DNA of 64,000 nt from Eledone cirrhosa. Lineage: Eukaryota. Both the position numbers and the translations under genes were made by a program. Shown here piece by piece: positions 39,657 through 53,139 of this stretch; within the stretch, counting starts at the first letter, position 1; the number at the start of each line of letters is the position of its first letter. The notes beneath the pieces were generated by a model that saw nothing but the letters and a program-made list of their open reading frames with translations, had not been told where the DNA came from and made no database searches. Location: the NCBI GenBank assembly GCA_964016885.1, contig OZ024741.1, forward strand, positions 139,004,001 to 139,068,000, in the 5' to 3' direction.

Positions 39657-42600
39657 GGCGACCTACGTAGTAAATCGTATCATCGTGAGCTCCGCAAAGG
39701 TTTGTTATTTCCGTTTGTTAAAAATTGCCATTTATGGAAAATTTTTATTGTTAACCATATATAAGCGCACATAGATTGTTTTCCGAAAAGGACACCCAAA
39801 AAGATTGGGGCCTTGTGCCCAAAATTTAAACTTTTATTATTATCAAATAATTTCTTTGAAAAAAAATGGCTAATTCACCTCTGCACCAAGCAGCTGAAAG
39901 CCTTTCTCACAAATTAACACCTCACACCGACACGACCATTGTAAATGTTACTACGTTTGCCAACACTAAAAAAAATATAAGCACTAGCAATATTTTAAAT
40001 TTGTCTCAGGCAGACATTCATTTCCCGCCATTACCAATGACTGCAGGTGTTAAAGCCTCCACCACCACCACCACCGCGACAACCCCCCCCACCGCCACCG
40101 CGACAACAGAAACAAAAGAAGAAAAAGATAAATTAACTCGTGATGTCGAAATGAAATCATGCAAAATGGACTCTTCCCCACCAAAGACGACTGACGTCAC
40201 CACCACCACCACAACTGAAACTAAAATTAATATTAACCCAAATAACGATAGCAACAACAACAACAATGACATTATAAAAACGACCCTCAGTTTTGCCAGA
40301 GTAGCAAAACAATTCGAAGCATTTACGGTAACTCAGGAGGATTTAGAAAATGCCAAACAAATGGTAAAGAAAGATGGGTACAGGGTCAGCCTCACCCTCC
40401 CACCTAATAAAATGGAGCATCGGCGCCTATGCACCGTGCCGTATCGAACGATAAATGTAAAATCGCGCCGAGTGGAACGGGCATCCGAGTCCCAAATCCA
40501 AAAAGCTTTGGGACATGTGTGGGCAAGAAAAACCCACATCAGACGTGGGCAGAAGTATGGAACTGTGGACGTGTTCTTTGAAACACCAGAGGAGGCTAGA
40601 GAACACTCCATGGCCCCATTAAGAAGTGACGACTTCACACTCGTCCCAAGCTATTGTGGCCAGAGACTCGTAAAGATCAGGGTGACCCACGTTCCACCGG
40701 CCATCGAAATTCCCTGGCTAATAGCGGCCGTCCTCGCCGGCATCGAAGCCAACACAAAAATAATAGCAATAGCAAAAGAAAAGCAGGAGAACTGGTCCGG
40801 GTCTGGGATGGAGCTCCTGATCCAAGCGGACCAAAAAAGCATTGAGGAGGTCCCAGAGGTAGTAGACCTCACTGACGGCAGCCACCTCACGGTAATTGTC
40901 GAGGGCAGAAGACCTAGGTGTGTCGTTTGTAGTGAAGGAACCCACCTAAGGGCTTTCTGCCCTCAGGCTAAAAGATTGAGGCCACCTCTCCTACCCACCC
41001 CAGTGACACAACCATCAACACCACCAGTAGCAGAGATGGCAGCAACAACTGTAGTAGCAACAACAGAAGCAACTATAACAGCAACAACCCCAGCAACAGT
41101 AGCAAAACCAACACCACCACCACCACCAGCAAAACCAACACCACCACCACCCAACGCTTCAGAACTAGCACCAGCGCCTACACCATCCACCACGCCACAA
41201 CCAAAACTAACGCCTGTGGAAGATTTTCCACTCCCCGGCCTATCACAACTGGAGACAGATTGTGACGACGAGGAGTGGGAAACGATATCCGGAAAAAAAA
41301 AAGAAACCAAAAACGAAAAAATTCTTTTCCTTCCCCCTCCAAAAACAAAATATAGAGGGAAACAAATAAATTAAGAAACAAAAAAGTTAGGACAGATATG
41401 CCACCATCCACACCAGTATCACCAACCCCATCAACCCAAACACCAACACCACCATCACCTACACCACAAAAGTCACCAAAATGCGAAACAGAAACAAACC
41501 CACAACAAACGCAAACAAAACAAAACAACCAAAACGATACACACTACACAGAATTAAATTTGAACAACAAGCAAGTATTACACTACATCCAACACAACAC
41601 CAGCATCACAGAAAAAGACTACACAACAACCCCAAAATTCACACCACCTCCACACATACAAATCACTCGCATCACACAGAAAACGTACATGACACTAAAA
41701 AAAAAATTCCCCAAAGACATCGGAGACTTCCGACAAGCACTCTCCAGGAGGATTTATAAGGGCATCCTTCCTGAGGAGGCCACAAGCAGTGAAAAGGATG
41801 GAAAAACCGTCCTTCCCCTACGAGAAGTAAGGTAAGTGGTCTTTCCCATCTTTTCCACTCCTTTTCAACATGACCTCACTCAGAATAGGCAGCATAAATG
41901 CGCGTGGCTTGGGGTCGTCATGGAAGCAGGGCCACCTGCTCAACGACCTCAGGTCACTAAACATAGATGTAGTGGCCATCAGCGAGACCAGAATCTCAGA
42001 AGCACAGGCTTTCGCACCGATCTTCGATGTGTACGCATCTCCCAGCCGTCCGGGATCGGGGGAGGAGTTGCTGTGCTTTTTCGGAGAGGTTTGGATCTTG
42101 CCATACGGGCCATCTTCCTGGACCCAGAAGGTAAGTTGGTGGTGCTGGACGTGACCAGCGGAGACGGACAAGCTTTCAGGTTAGTGGCCGTCTATGCCCC
42201 GACAGGAGCAGGGCGGCCTGATTTCTTCCGGCGTCTGGAGACCTTTCTTGGAACGTCCCGCTCTTTAGTGTTAGTGGGCGACTGGAACGGGATCTTAGAT
42301 GCACGCTGAGATTGTGTGGGATTAGTGGATAGGGAAGGAGGGTGCAAGAGTCTCAGCAACCTGCTCAGACGTTTTGAACTGTCTGACAGGTACCGGATGG
42401 ATTTCCCGAATGTACCAATGTGGACTTGGACAAATCGCATAGGGTCATACAGATCATATCTAGATAGAGTATTTTGAAGGGAAATAGATAGGTCTAGCAT
42501 AGGTTGTCCACAATTCAAGATAGTCAGCTACACGGACCACAAATTCGTGATCTGTGTGCTTGACTTAGATAGGCTTCATAGACGAGGACCCGGCTACTGG

Positions 42601-43601
42601 AAGCTAAACGCGTCCTTACCAGCGCGAAAGGACTACAGAGACCGGATTAGCCAACTAGTTAAGAGGGCGTTGACGGGAGCCATCGTCAACAACAAGTGGT
42701 GGTTTGCTCTGAAAAGAGCAATTAGAATAGAGTTATAGTCCATTAGGTTTAGTAAGACTTTAGCAATAGAGAAAAATAGAGCATAGGGAGAATTAGTTAG
42801 AAAATTAGATGAGGCGCTTAGCAAAGGCATCGCGACCGACGTACTTGCGGCGAAATTGGCCCTTGACCAATTCTTCAATGCAAAGCACGAAGGCTGCGTT
42901 GTCAGAGCTAGGGTGCGTGCTCTCAGACACGATGGGACGAAAGCCGTTCAATGTGCCCGAGTGGCGGAGGCGCGTCGTGGCAACAAATCCACGATCCGGT
43001 CTTTGGTGGACCACGACGGGCGCATGCTACTCGATCCCGGGCAAATCTATGAAGCTTTTCAGCGACACTTCGCTCAACTGTTCGGGGGCGGTGGCGGGCC
43101 GGATCGAGAGATGGACTTTAGTGTCTACCTCGACGGACTGCCGCGGCTTTCGCCCACTGAGGCGGAGTGTTGCGAAAAGCCGATAACAACCGCTGAAGTA
43201 CGGGATGCAATGACTAGTTGCACAAGGGGTAAATCGCCTGGTTTGGATGGTCTGCCCTATGAACTTTACGTACAAATGCCAGACTTGTTCGGAGGCCTCT
43301 TGGCGGACGTCTACTGCAATTGGCAACAGAACGGGAGAATTCCCAGCTCTGTGAGCAGAGGAGCGGTGGCGCTGCTGAGAAAGGATCCGAACAAGGGGGA
43401 TAACATAGATAATTTTAGGCCCATAACTCTGCTAAACACAGAGTTCAAGATTTTGGCCAAGGTGCTAGCAAAGAGGTTAGCGCTTATCGTTGGTGGTCTG
43501 GTGGGAGAGGCGCAGACATGCGCCATTCCCGACAGATCCATCTACGACAACCTCCACCTCATACGATACATCATAGAGAGGGTAGCTAAGGAACCTGGCA
43601 C
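39657..43601 (+). mobile_element. Tx1-like LINE, family B, second copy, lacking its 3' half
   Basis: Collinear with 31084-34973 and preceded by a 65-bp (TTA)n tract; homology stops at gaacctggcac. Confidence 0.93.
39866..41835 (+). pseudogene. LINE ORF1 with one frameshift (39866-41374 plus 41398-41835)
   Basis: CVVCSEGTHLRAFC knuckle. Comparison with the other family B copy suggests the two ORFs were one frame ending LPLREVR*. Confidence 0.8.
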
Positions 43602-44170
43602 TCACCTCATTGAAGGCAACACGTATATATTTAAATCAGGACAAAATTTTACTGTAAAAAATCACTTCACTTGCTCATCAAAAAATCTACTTTATGCCAT
43701 TAAATGTAAAGGATGCAATGAAGATTATATAGGACAAACTAAACTCACTCAGAAACAGAATGACAGTTCATCGCCAACAGTTACGAGATCCAACCACGAG
43801 ACAAATACCACTAAGTGCACATCTAGACATTTGCGCAAGTAATAAGACACCCAAATTCCAAGTCTTCCCATTTTACCTTTGCGCTAACAATACAACAGAA
43901 CAAATGCGAATAAATAAGGAAAATATGTTTATTCAAAAATATAGACCAACATTAAATAAGGTTTAATATACATTATGTCAACACCACAATATGACATACA
44001 CACACACACATAACACCTACTTTAGAAAATAAAAACCCGAACTAAATAAACCTTAAACATACGTTTGCACTGGCAATACAACAGCAAACACGAAAAAGTC
44101 AGGAAAATATGTTCATTCAAAAATATTCCTACTAAAGGAATCATTTTCCTACACACACACATACACACAC

Positions 44171-44217
<47 letters not shown>

Positions 44218-44462
44218 TCTTCATCTTAACATGCTAACCATACTCCCACACACATAACACCCATACACACACATAAAAACCCCCACACCTACAACACCCT
44301 CCCCATTTCTACTAATAGAACCACTACACACATATATATATACACACACACACAAAATATATATTCTCTCTATCTAACATACTCGCACACACACACATAA
44401 CACCCATATACACACACACACAACTCCCTCCCCCATCTCTACTAATAGAATCATCTTCCAAT

Positions 44463-44501
<39 letters not shown>

Positions 44502-45181
44502 AGCACACAAATAAACACATATCTTCAGTCTCAATAGAAAATCTGAACTCTGACACCTGAACTCTGACAGCTGGCCATATTCACTGAACCAGAACATTTC
44601 TCCCAATCCCTTTTCCCTTGACCACTATCTCTCCATCGTCATAACATTCACTATAGACTACAGAATAGTTTTCCAAATAAGGGCGCAAAAATGTAATGAA
44701 AACTTGTTCACGTGACAGCCAAATTTCATTTATAACCAACCAAAAAAAAGCCTTCGTGAGCCTCATTTTTTCAAGTAAAAAGAAATTTAAACACTCATAT
44801 ATGAAAAAACAACCTGTGACAAACCCCCCCCCCTCTCTTATTTGAAGAACTATTGTAACGCGAACTGGCGCGAAATTTATTATAATTATTGACAAACCAA
44901 TCAAATTACTTCTCGAAAAACTTGGTTTTCGAGCCAGTTTTTCCATATAAAACAAGTAACATTTAGAGACCAACCAGATGTGAGAAAAACCACAGACCCT
45001 CCATCTCAACTCACCTTTTGAAAAGCAGAAGAACTGCGAAACCGGTAAAGGAATCAAATAAATATATATATTTTTAAAAAAATAAGACTTCAGTTGCATT
45101 TTCGATTTCATCCCTTTTTCTTTATACTTCCACTCGTGTAGGACACCTCGGTTATTTTTCATTTTGTAAAAAAAACCTCAC

Positions 45182-45190
<9 letters not shown>
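43602..45190 (+). mobile_element. 5'-truncated Penelope-like element: GIY-YIG endonuclease, 3'UTR and pLTR
   Basis: FTCSSKNLLYAIKCKGCNEDYIGQT..RMTVHRQQ..HL..KENMFIQKYRPTLN (43602-43966, one frameshift); hammerhead at 45014; ends in (TA)n. Confidence 0.9.
45014..45051 (+). ncRNA. Minimal hammerhead, U3-A8 core variant
   Basis: CCUU-UUGAAAA-GCAG(aagaa)CUGC-GAAA-CCGG-UA-AAGG; all three stems form and stem III is palindromic. Confidence 0.75.
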
Positions 45191-45227
<37 letters not shown>

Positions 45228-45440
45228 CGTTTCTGAATTTGTTTAGCAAGATTCTTTATCTGAAATCGTGTGTTGAAACCGATATTGTTATACTTTGGGA
45301 GGGTCATGTTGCCAATAAGAAACACACGCACCAGTTGCTTTCACTTCAATTTAATTTAATATATATTTATAAATTTACAAATTTATAAATTTCTGGTTGG
45401 TTGGTTGGTTCCACAACCAGATAGTTGTTTATATATATAT

Positions 45441-45485
45441 AGTCATAGTTCTTTCGTCACACACTCTGTGACCTCTTCAGTGACT
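45441..45485 (-). ncRNA. Minimal type I hammerhead (left arm of the palindrome)
   Basis: Mirror of 46269-46313. Confidence 0.72.
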
Positions 45486-46268
45486 GGGGATTTCTTTCTT
45501 CGTTTCTGTGCCTTTCCTTTCTTCTATCCTACGCCATTTTGTTTGTGTGTGGGTTGCGTGCTCAGTTTGCGCATGCGCCACATCCGGGTGTCTGTGTGTG
45601 TTTGTGTTCATTTTTCTATTTTTCTATTTATATTTGTTTGTTTATTTATTTATTTATTGTTGGTTGGTTGTTTGTTCTATGTGTGTGTGTGTTTTCATTT
45701 TGTCTTGTGTGTGTTTTCATTTTGTGTGTGTTTTCAATTGTAAGTTGTTTATATATGTGTGTGTGTGTTTTCATTTTGTCCTTAATTGTAAGTTGTGATG
45801 TTGCTGTTCCACTCATATTTTCTATTTAATTTTGGTTTTAATTCTTTTATGCTTACTGCCTCTGTAATTTGCCTAAATTTGCCTAATTACAGAGGCAGTA
45901 AGCATAAAAGAATTAAAACCAAAATTAAATAGAAAATATGAGTGGAACAGCAACATCACAACTTACAATTAAGGACAAAATGAAAACACACACACACATA
46001 TATAAACAACTTACAATTGAAAACACACACAAAATGAAAACACACACAAGACAAAATGAAAACACACACACACATAGAACAAACAACCAACCAACAATAA
46101 ATAAATAAATAAACAAACAAATATAAATAGAAAAATAGAAAAATGAACACAAACACACACAGACACCCGGATGTGGCGCATGCGCAAACTGAGCACGCAA
46201 CCCACACACAAACAAAATGGCGTAGGATAGAAGAAAGGAAAGGCACAGAAACGAAGAAAGAAATCCCC

Positions 46269-46313
46269 AGTCACTGAAGAGGTCACAGAGTGTGTGACGA
46301 AAGAACTATGACT
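46269..46313 (+). ncRNA. Minimal type I hammerhead (right arm of the palindrome)
   Basis: AGUCA-CUGAAGA-G-GUCACA(gagug)UGUGAC-GAAA-GAAC-UA-UGACU. Confidence 0.75.
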
Positions 46314-46464
46314 ATATATATATAAACAACTATCTGGTTGTGGAACCAACCAACCAACCAGAAATTTATAAATTTGTAAATTTATAAATATATATTAAAT
46401 TAAATTGAAGTGAAAGCAACTGGTGCGTGTGTTTCTTATTGGCAACATGACCCTCCCAAAGTAT

Positions 46465-46496
<32 letters not shown>

Positions 46497-46979
46497 CTTA
46501 TCAATATATATATCTTATCAAATGATTCTAAGGACATATTTGATAGTATATTGCTCTGATTATTTAATTTATTAATTCAGCATTGAGCCACATCGTGAAT
46601 GGTTGCCAAAAATATATCTCTGACTTTGTCTAGTTTGTGTATATGTAAATCTTTATATTTGACAATCTCCCATAAGGTTGAGATGCAATTTAGGCAATAT
46701 TAGGCTGCGCTTTCTAGCAACCAGCCTACTAGCTGTAAGGCACGAATCATATTCTTTCTGACTTTATCACTGCCACGTCACAGTTCTTAGCCATTTTGAA
46801 TTCGTTTCTGGCGGGGATCATTTTTTAATCTTATAGCCTGGTTTACTTGTTTTTTGTGCCGTTGATTATACTAATTGGGAGAGGAAATTGAGTATATATC
46901 TTATCAAATTATTCTAAGGACATCATTTATAGTATATCATATATATATATATATATATCCAAAATTAACATAAATTAAA

Positions 46980-48790
46980 TGAATTTAATCCAAATCGAAA
47001 TTGAGGGTGTCATGCCTTAACGGCATGCGCCATATCGCCCGGAAAATAAGCTCAAAGATTATGTAGGTCCGAGCATTTTATAATAACTAGAAATTGATTA
47101 ACATAAACATAAATAAATATAAACATGAATAATCACAGGAGATAATTTCTACAAGCTTGTAACCACGCATGGCTAGTAGATAACGAATAAATAAAGTTAA
47201 CTAGAACTTCAAAAATAGATACCTTTTAATGATTAATCTTCCCTGAATATATTCCTTTAAAGAAATATATTTCACCAATTAATCAGATGGTAAGTCACAG
47301 AAAGTGGATAGATATTACCCATCTTATATGTTTCTCTAAGGGGTTGTCATTATATCTATCGTCATAGTTGTGTGTGTTGCTAATATTGTTATTATGGTGG
47401 TTGTTGTTGTTCCTATCATTAGCATTATTATTATTGTTATGATTGCTAGATGTATTGTTGCTGTGATTGTTAGATGTATTGTTGTTATGATTGCTAGATG
47501 TATTGTTGCTCTGATTGTTGTTTTCTTCACCGTTATTGTTGTTGTTACTGTTATTTCTACCATTGTGGTTGTTACATTTATTATGTTTCTTGTTTTTGTT
47601 GTCTATCATTAATGTTGCTACATGTATTATTTCTATTATTACAACTGCAGTTGTTGTTGTTGTTATTAATATTGTTACCGTTATTACTACAATGGTCGCT
47701 GCTGCTGTGTCTGTAGTTAATGTTTCTATTATTATTATTATTATTATTATTATTGTGGTTGTTGTTGTTGTTGTTCTGTCTATCGTTAATATTATTACCA
47801 TTATTACTATTTATCACTCTCCTGCTATTGTTATTGTTACGACTATTACTATTATAGCTGTTATTTCTATACTCAGAGTTATTGTTTATATTACTACTAC
47901 CGTTATTATTGTTGTTGTCCGTATAGTTGTTGTTATTTACTTTTGCATTCCAACATATTTTTTGTGAAACACTTTTCCAGCTACGTTTTGCACCCAATAG
48001 GGTTAATTTGTAGATGGCAAATGTTGGTGGTAGCTGCAGGATTTGTTGTTCTTGTTCACTGATTAAAGTGTTCCCATAAATATTTACTGTGTGGTCATTG
48101 GTAAATTCTTCCGGTAGTTTTACATCAGTCATACGGATGTTGTTGATGTTATCTGGGTATTTTTGAGAATATTCCATTTTCCTTTCTTCTAGTTCATCCA
48201 TTCTTATTCATCCATTCTAATTTCTTATTGAAATGCCTATTGCATTCGTTTTGGGCGTATTTCGTTTCACGTCGGATGACGCACATGAAGTCATCCCTTT
48301 CGTTTGGTGTGGTGAGATTTTGGACTTCTTTAGCGTTAATGCGTTTCTGTCTGTAAAGTTCGTTGACTTTTGTGTATGTTGTTCTTTTCATATTAACTGT
48401 TATTGTGTGTTTTAGTCGTTCAGCTTGTGTTTTGTTCAATAATAAATGATTTACTTTGATATGTTTGTTGTGTATGTTTTGGAGGAAACAAAGTGTCTTA
48501 AGAAACGGATTTGTTCTGTTGTTATTGTAGTTTTTATATAACAGAAAAGAGTGTCTTTCAATAACCTTTCAGCTTGGCACAAACTAATGCCATAACGGCG
48601 ATGAATTAGTTTTGCGAGGTTTTGATATGAAATGGTGTGTTGAAACAAATATTGTTATACTTGGGGAGGGTCATATTTGTGTAATATTGCCAGAATTAAT
48701 AACAGAACACACTCACTGTTTGGTTGGTTTTCGCTTTTCGCTTCTGTGTCTTTTATATCGGTAATCTAATTTATTCGGTCCCCAATGTTG
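46980..48790 (-). mobile_element. PLE-related element with a fragmented N-terminal ORF and Asn-rich tract; no RT seen
   Basis: ATG at 48674 gives MTLPKYNNI.., the same start as at 45307 (minus). Continues IRFLRH and LISEQEQQILQLPPTFAI (PLE N-terminal-like), then (AAC/AAT)n. Left boundary uncertain. Confidence 0.6.
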
Positions 48791-49519
48791 CCATTGACTA
48801 ACCAACGGTCAAAAATACAGATACAATATAGACACAAACAGTTTATCAAAGTTCTTTCGTTGCACATCTGCAACATCGTCAGTGGTGCTATTGTTTTCCT
48901 CCCGTTGCATTGTATTTTCTATAATTTAAATAGAAACCTTTTTCAAATGGATAGGTTTATTACTAAGATAGTAATAACATCTCGTTTATAAAATTATGTT
49001 AGAAGATTTTAATTTGAATAGGGAAATTCCAGTTTAATTAATTAATGAAGAATATCAGGGAATTATTTTTTTCATTTCTAATATAGTGATTTAACATGTA
49101 GCATTTATAAAAGTGCAGTTGGAGAGTCAACGTTTATATTTTTCCAGTTTCGGCTGAATTAGTCTCCGTAATATTTAAACTATAGAATGAGAAAAATATC
49201 TATGTGACCAGATTGGTGACCAGAAATAAATTGGCAATGTTCCATAAATGTGTGTCTGGGTAAATATTATCGATAAATAAGTTAGCACCAATAATAATAA
49301 TAAACATGAATAAACCAAATCTGCATAATCAGACAAAAGAATTATGAACACAATTCCGATTTTACAAGAATAGCAATGCTATGTCTAATAATAATGAGGT
49401 AACGGACATACGTCAGTTCCGATGACGAGTGAACCAATTATTTGAATTAAAGAACACTCTTAATGGAAAGTCAGTCTGCGAGTTCCTTAACATTCCATTG
49501 ACACGAGCACACTTAATGA

Positions 49520-49705
49520 CGTTCTAAAGGAGATTCAGTGTTACACAGTGTGCGACATGGCTGGTCATTTGAATTACAGGTATAAGTAATTTTTGCCAGC
49601 TGTGTGTACTGGAGCAAATAGAAAAGGTGTATTGCTCAATGAAACAGCGCCTATGGGATTCGAATAAACGATCACCAGTGAAACATCGTAACCACTAAGC
49701 CTTCA
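49520..49705 (-). mobile_element. Degenerate tRNA-derived SINE, family 2
   Basis: Minus strand reads ggcttagtggtta..ttcgaatccc (A/B boxes), then ttgagcaa..tgctccagt..cagctggcaaaaat. Confidence 0.65.
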
Positions 49706-51320
49706 CCTAATAATGATATTTAATCACCAAATTCCATTTACATATGATACAGATTCTACTTAACAGTCATTTGTTACAAACACAATAAATAATAAATATG
49801 TTGGCACATTATTGATTCAGGAAATACATTAAATTTTATCAACACCTTTCTTGCCATTAATATGACATTGCCTATTATGTCTACTTTTATAATTACTATT
49901 ACTTCTCAGATACACAAGAAAGTAATTAGAGGTTGTTTTATTATTCTGACGGGTCGTACCCAGTGCATAGATATTTAACTCACAATCATAAGGTCATGGG
50001 TTCGATTCTTGTACTAGACGGCACGTGTTCTTGAGTAGTATGCTATTCCATGCTGCTTCTTCTGAGAAGTTTCGATTAAAAGATAGTATAGCAATTGAAA
50101 GTCCGATTAAAACATTGTGACATTGATCCGATCTGAATTCAGGCGCGTTTCCTGGTTTGTTTACTAATTAATTATGATGATAGAGGATGGTGTATGAGTC
50201 AGAATCATGATAGCGTCGGAGAAAATGCACTGTCGCATTTGTTACTCTACTTTGCGATATCTCCGAGGTCAATATTGTCTTGCATCCCTGTAATATCGAT
50301 AAATATTGTACCACATACAAAAACAAAAAACAAAAGAAAAAAACAGAAAAAAATACACACACGTCAGCAAACCATATTTTTTGCTCCTGTGTTTCCTTTT
50401 TCTTCTGCATGTTCGACTTGATTGATCGTGTGAAGTCAACGGTAGAGAAGAATATGAACAGAAAGGGGGGAGAGAGAGAGAGAAGTGAAGGAACCGAGTG
50501 AAATAGACACGCAAACAGGCATCTCTGCCGATTATGTCAAAATCTACAAGACCGTTGCTTGAGATGAATAATAGTCAACCATAACATCAGTAATAGCCGC
50601 TTGTAAAAAAACCGCGATCATAAAACAAAGCAAAATGACAGCTAACTACTCGTATTTGACAAACGCACTTGATTCAGTCATTGTGTAAAGTGCCTGCGAT
50701 TTATTTGGCGTATATTTCGAAAATGTGGGAGGTCTCATATGATGAAAATATGAGAAAGGATATTCTAACATCGCTACTCAAATGATCCGTGACTGAACGG
50801 TGTGAAGAAACCCTATAAGGAGTGCAGAAACGTAGCGTAAGCCTCTCTGGTCCAGTGTTGTGCCGGAGTTTGGCGAGGGAGACGCATTTAAATGTCTATT
50901 CCAAATCGTAGATTCAACTCTTGCAGGCGAGAAATTCCACCCCGATAAATGATAGTAGTGAGTTAGTTCGGAAGCCAGGAACACCGGAAGTTTCCATCGC
51001 AAAAGATTCGATGACAAATCTATTAATTTCGATTAGTCGGGCAATGAAGCCTGGTCTCTTGCCGAATACATCAGTTTGCAGCTGGAGAATATAAATAGAG
51101 GTAAATAGAATATCAATGTATTTGAACACGAATAAACTATTGAGAAAAATAAGTTTAAATTATTTTTACTGACATTCTCAACTAAAAATTGCTTTTAAAA
51201 GGCTATACACACCGCATGCACACACATACACCCACCCACACACATACACACACGTATGTACGTATGTATGCATGTATGTATGTATGTATGTATGTATGTA
51301 TGTATGTATGCATGTATGTA

Positions 51321-51361
<41 letters not shown>

Positions 51362-53139
51362 GTGTGTTTCTCTGTTTGTAGAGTGAGAATATAAACAAAT
51401 TTAAATTTCAGAATGATATATAAACATTAAAAAAACTGCTCGAACGTGACGTGAAAATTATACACATGAAATGCTTGAATGCAGTCTAATGCACAGTAAA
51501 AAAAATAATAAAATATAAATAAATGTCAATATACATTCTGAAATATGCATCTTTTTTTTTTCGAGCAGAAACTTTGAAATGAAAACAATGTCGATTGACA
51601 TATCCCTTCCATCAAATTGTAGATTTTGTTTGTTTATTTTAATACGTTTTGCACAGACCTGAATTTATGTATGTTTACTGGACATAAGGCTTCTTTAGAA
51701 AACAAGTAAATTATGTATGATAGTAAAGACACATCTTCTAGTGGCTGGGGGCGTTGGATTCATGATCCTAAAGTTATGGATTCAAATATTGCACCGGGTG
51801 GCATGTTGTGTTCCTCGGAGGAAGACACTTCATTTCCTTCTGCTTTTCATTGTAGGACTTGGGACACTATAAGTAAAACATCCGAGAAATCTACTATGAG
51901 ATGCAATCATTTTGGAGGTCAGCTAAAAGAGCGTACGTGTGAGCTATAATTTTCATTTAATGAAAGCTTTTTTCTCTGGAATAAGTCAGTTTGCATTCGT
52001 TTAGCTTTGTTACTATTTCAATATACGATTTGAGAAATTTATGTCCGTCATATGTAAAAGTATATATGTATACTTACTTTAAGTTAAGGATAGACATTTC
52101 AATATCATATATACTGTTCATTGGTGGATTATTGTAGAGTGAGGTTTACCAAGATAAACCCATGTCCTCCGATCATCGCTGGAAAGGTTTAATAAACTAT
52201 GTTCCACACACTGATTGTATCAATTTCAGGGTTTTTACATTATTAATAATAATGATATCGGCGACGAAAAGTGTAAGACGTGCGATTCTGAACACCAACA
52301 GGTTTGTGGATTTAAGTTGTTTCAATTGGTATTTTGTTAAATTGTTTTGTTGATAAGGGTACATAAAGCATAAAAAAGGGATACCTCATAATATATGGGC
52401 CTCCCGCCTAAATATTTGAACTTTATACTTGAAAATATTGTTTCTGTAAAAAATAACAAAAACAAATACATACATGAACGGAATACGGCCCCGTACGTTG
52501 AAACAACTCTCACGTGGCAGCACTTCAAACGTTGAGAGGAGTGATGCCAAACCAACACCAACGTACCTCCCTTGCCATATTCTAGGGAAACACCCTCTCC
52601 ATTCTGTCCGCCGGGGCTGTGCGGCGGCCAGAACGTGGAAACCCATTTGCTCTCCATACAGAGAGTAGCGGAGGGCGAGAGAGAGGGGGCGATGACGGTG
52701 GGAGTTTGGGTCTTCCGTGTGGATCATGTGATAAGTAACTTGTTTACTCTCTTTATACGAATAATTACCATTGATGGTTGTTTGTGATTTTGTTTCCTCC
52801 TTTTTTTTTTCTTTATCTCGTTTTGACCATATATTTTTGTGCATTATATATGTGAGATTCATAGCAACCGTTAATTGTATTTATTATATGTGTTTATAAT
52901 TGTGTTTATAGTGTCATTCTGAAAGAATTATGAACAATTTATAATGTAAACAATGTAGATAGTAAATTTGCATATAAAAACACAAAAAACAACAACACTA
53001 TTATGAACGGTGTTACCAATACCACCACTACAGAGAGCGTCATTGAAAACAACAACAGCAACGGCACATGAAATAGTACTTCCACCTTTGCCAATGCTTA
53101 CCTATGTGAACGCCCCAACCGCAACCACTACTCCCCCAC

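Larger units (their letters stand above)
45282..46472. repeat. Long palindrome: 588-bp inverted arms with a 15-nt spacer (inverted PLE pLTR pair)
   Basis: Arms at 45282-45869 and 45885-46472; the mirrored ORFs translate identically and their coordinate sums are constant (91754). Confidence 0.95.

Noticed and set aside
45405-46349. Identical hydrophobic ORFs on opposite strands
   Set aside because: By-product of the palindrome and its GT/T-rich composition.
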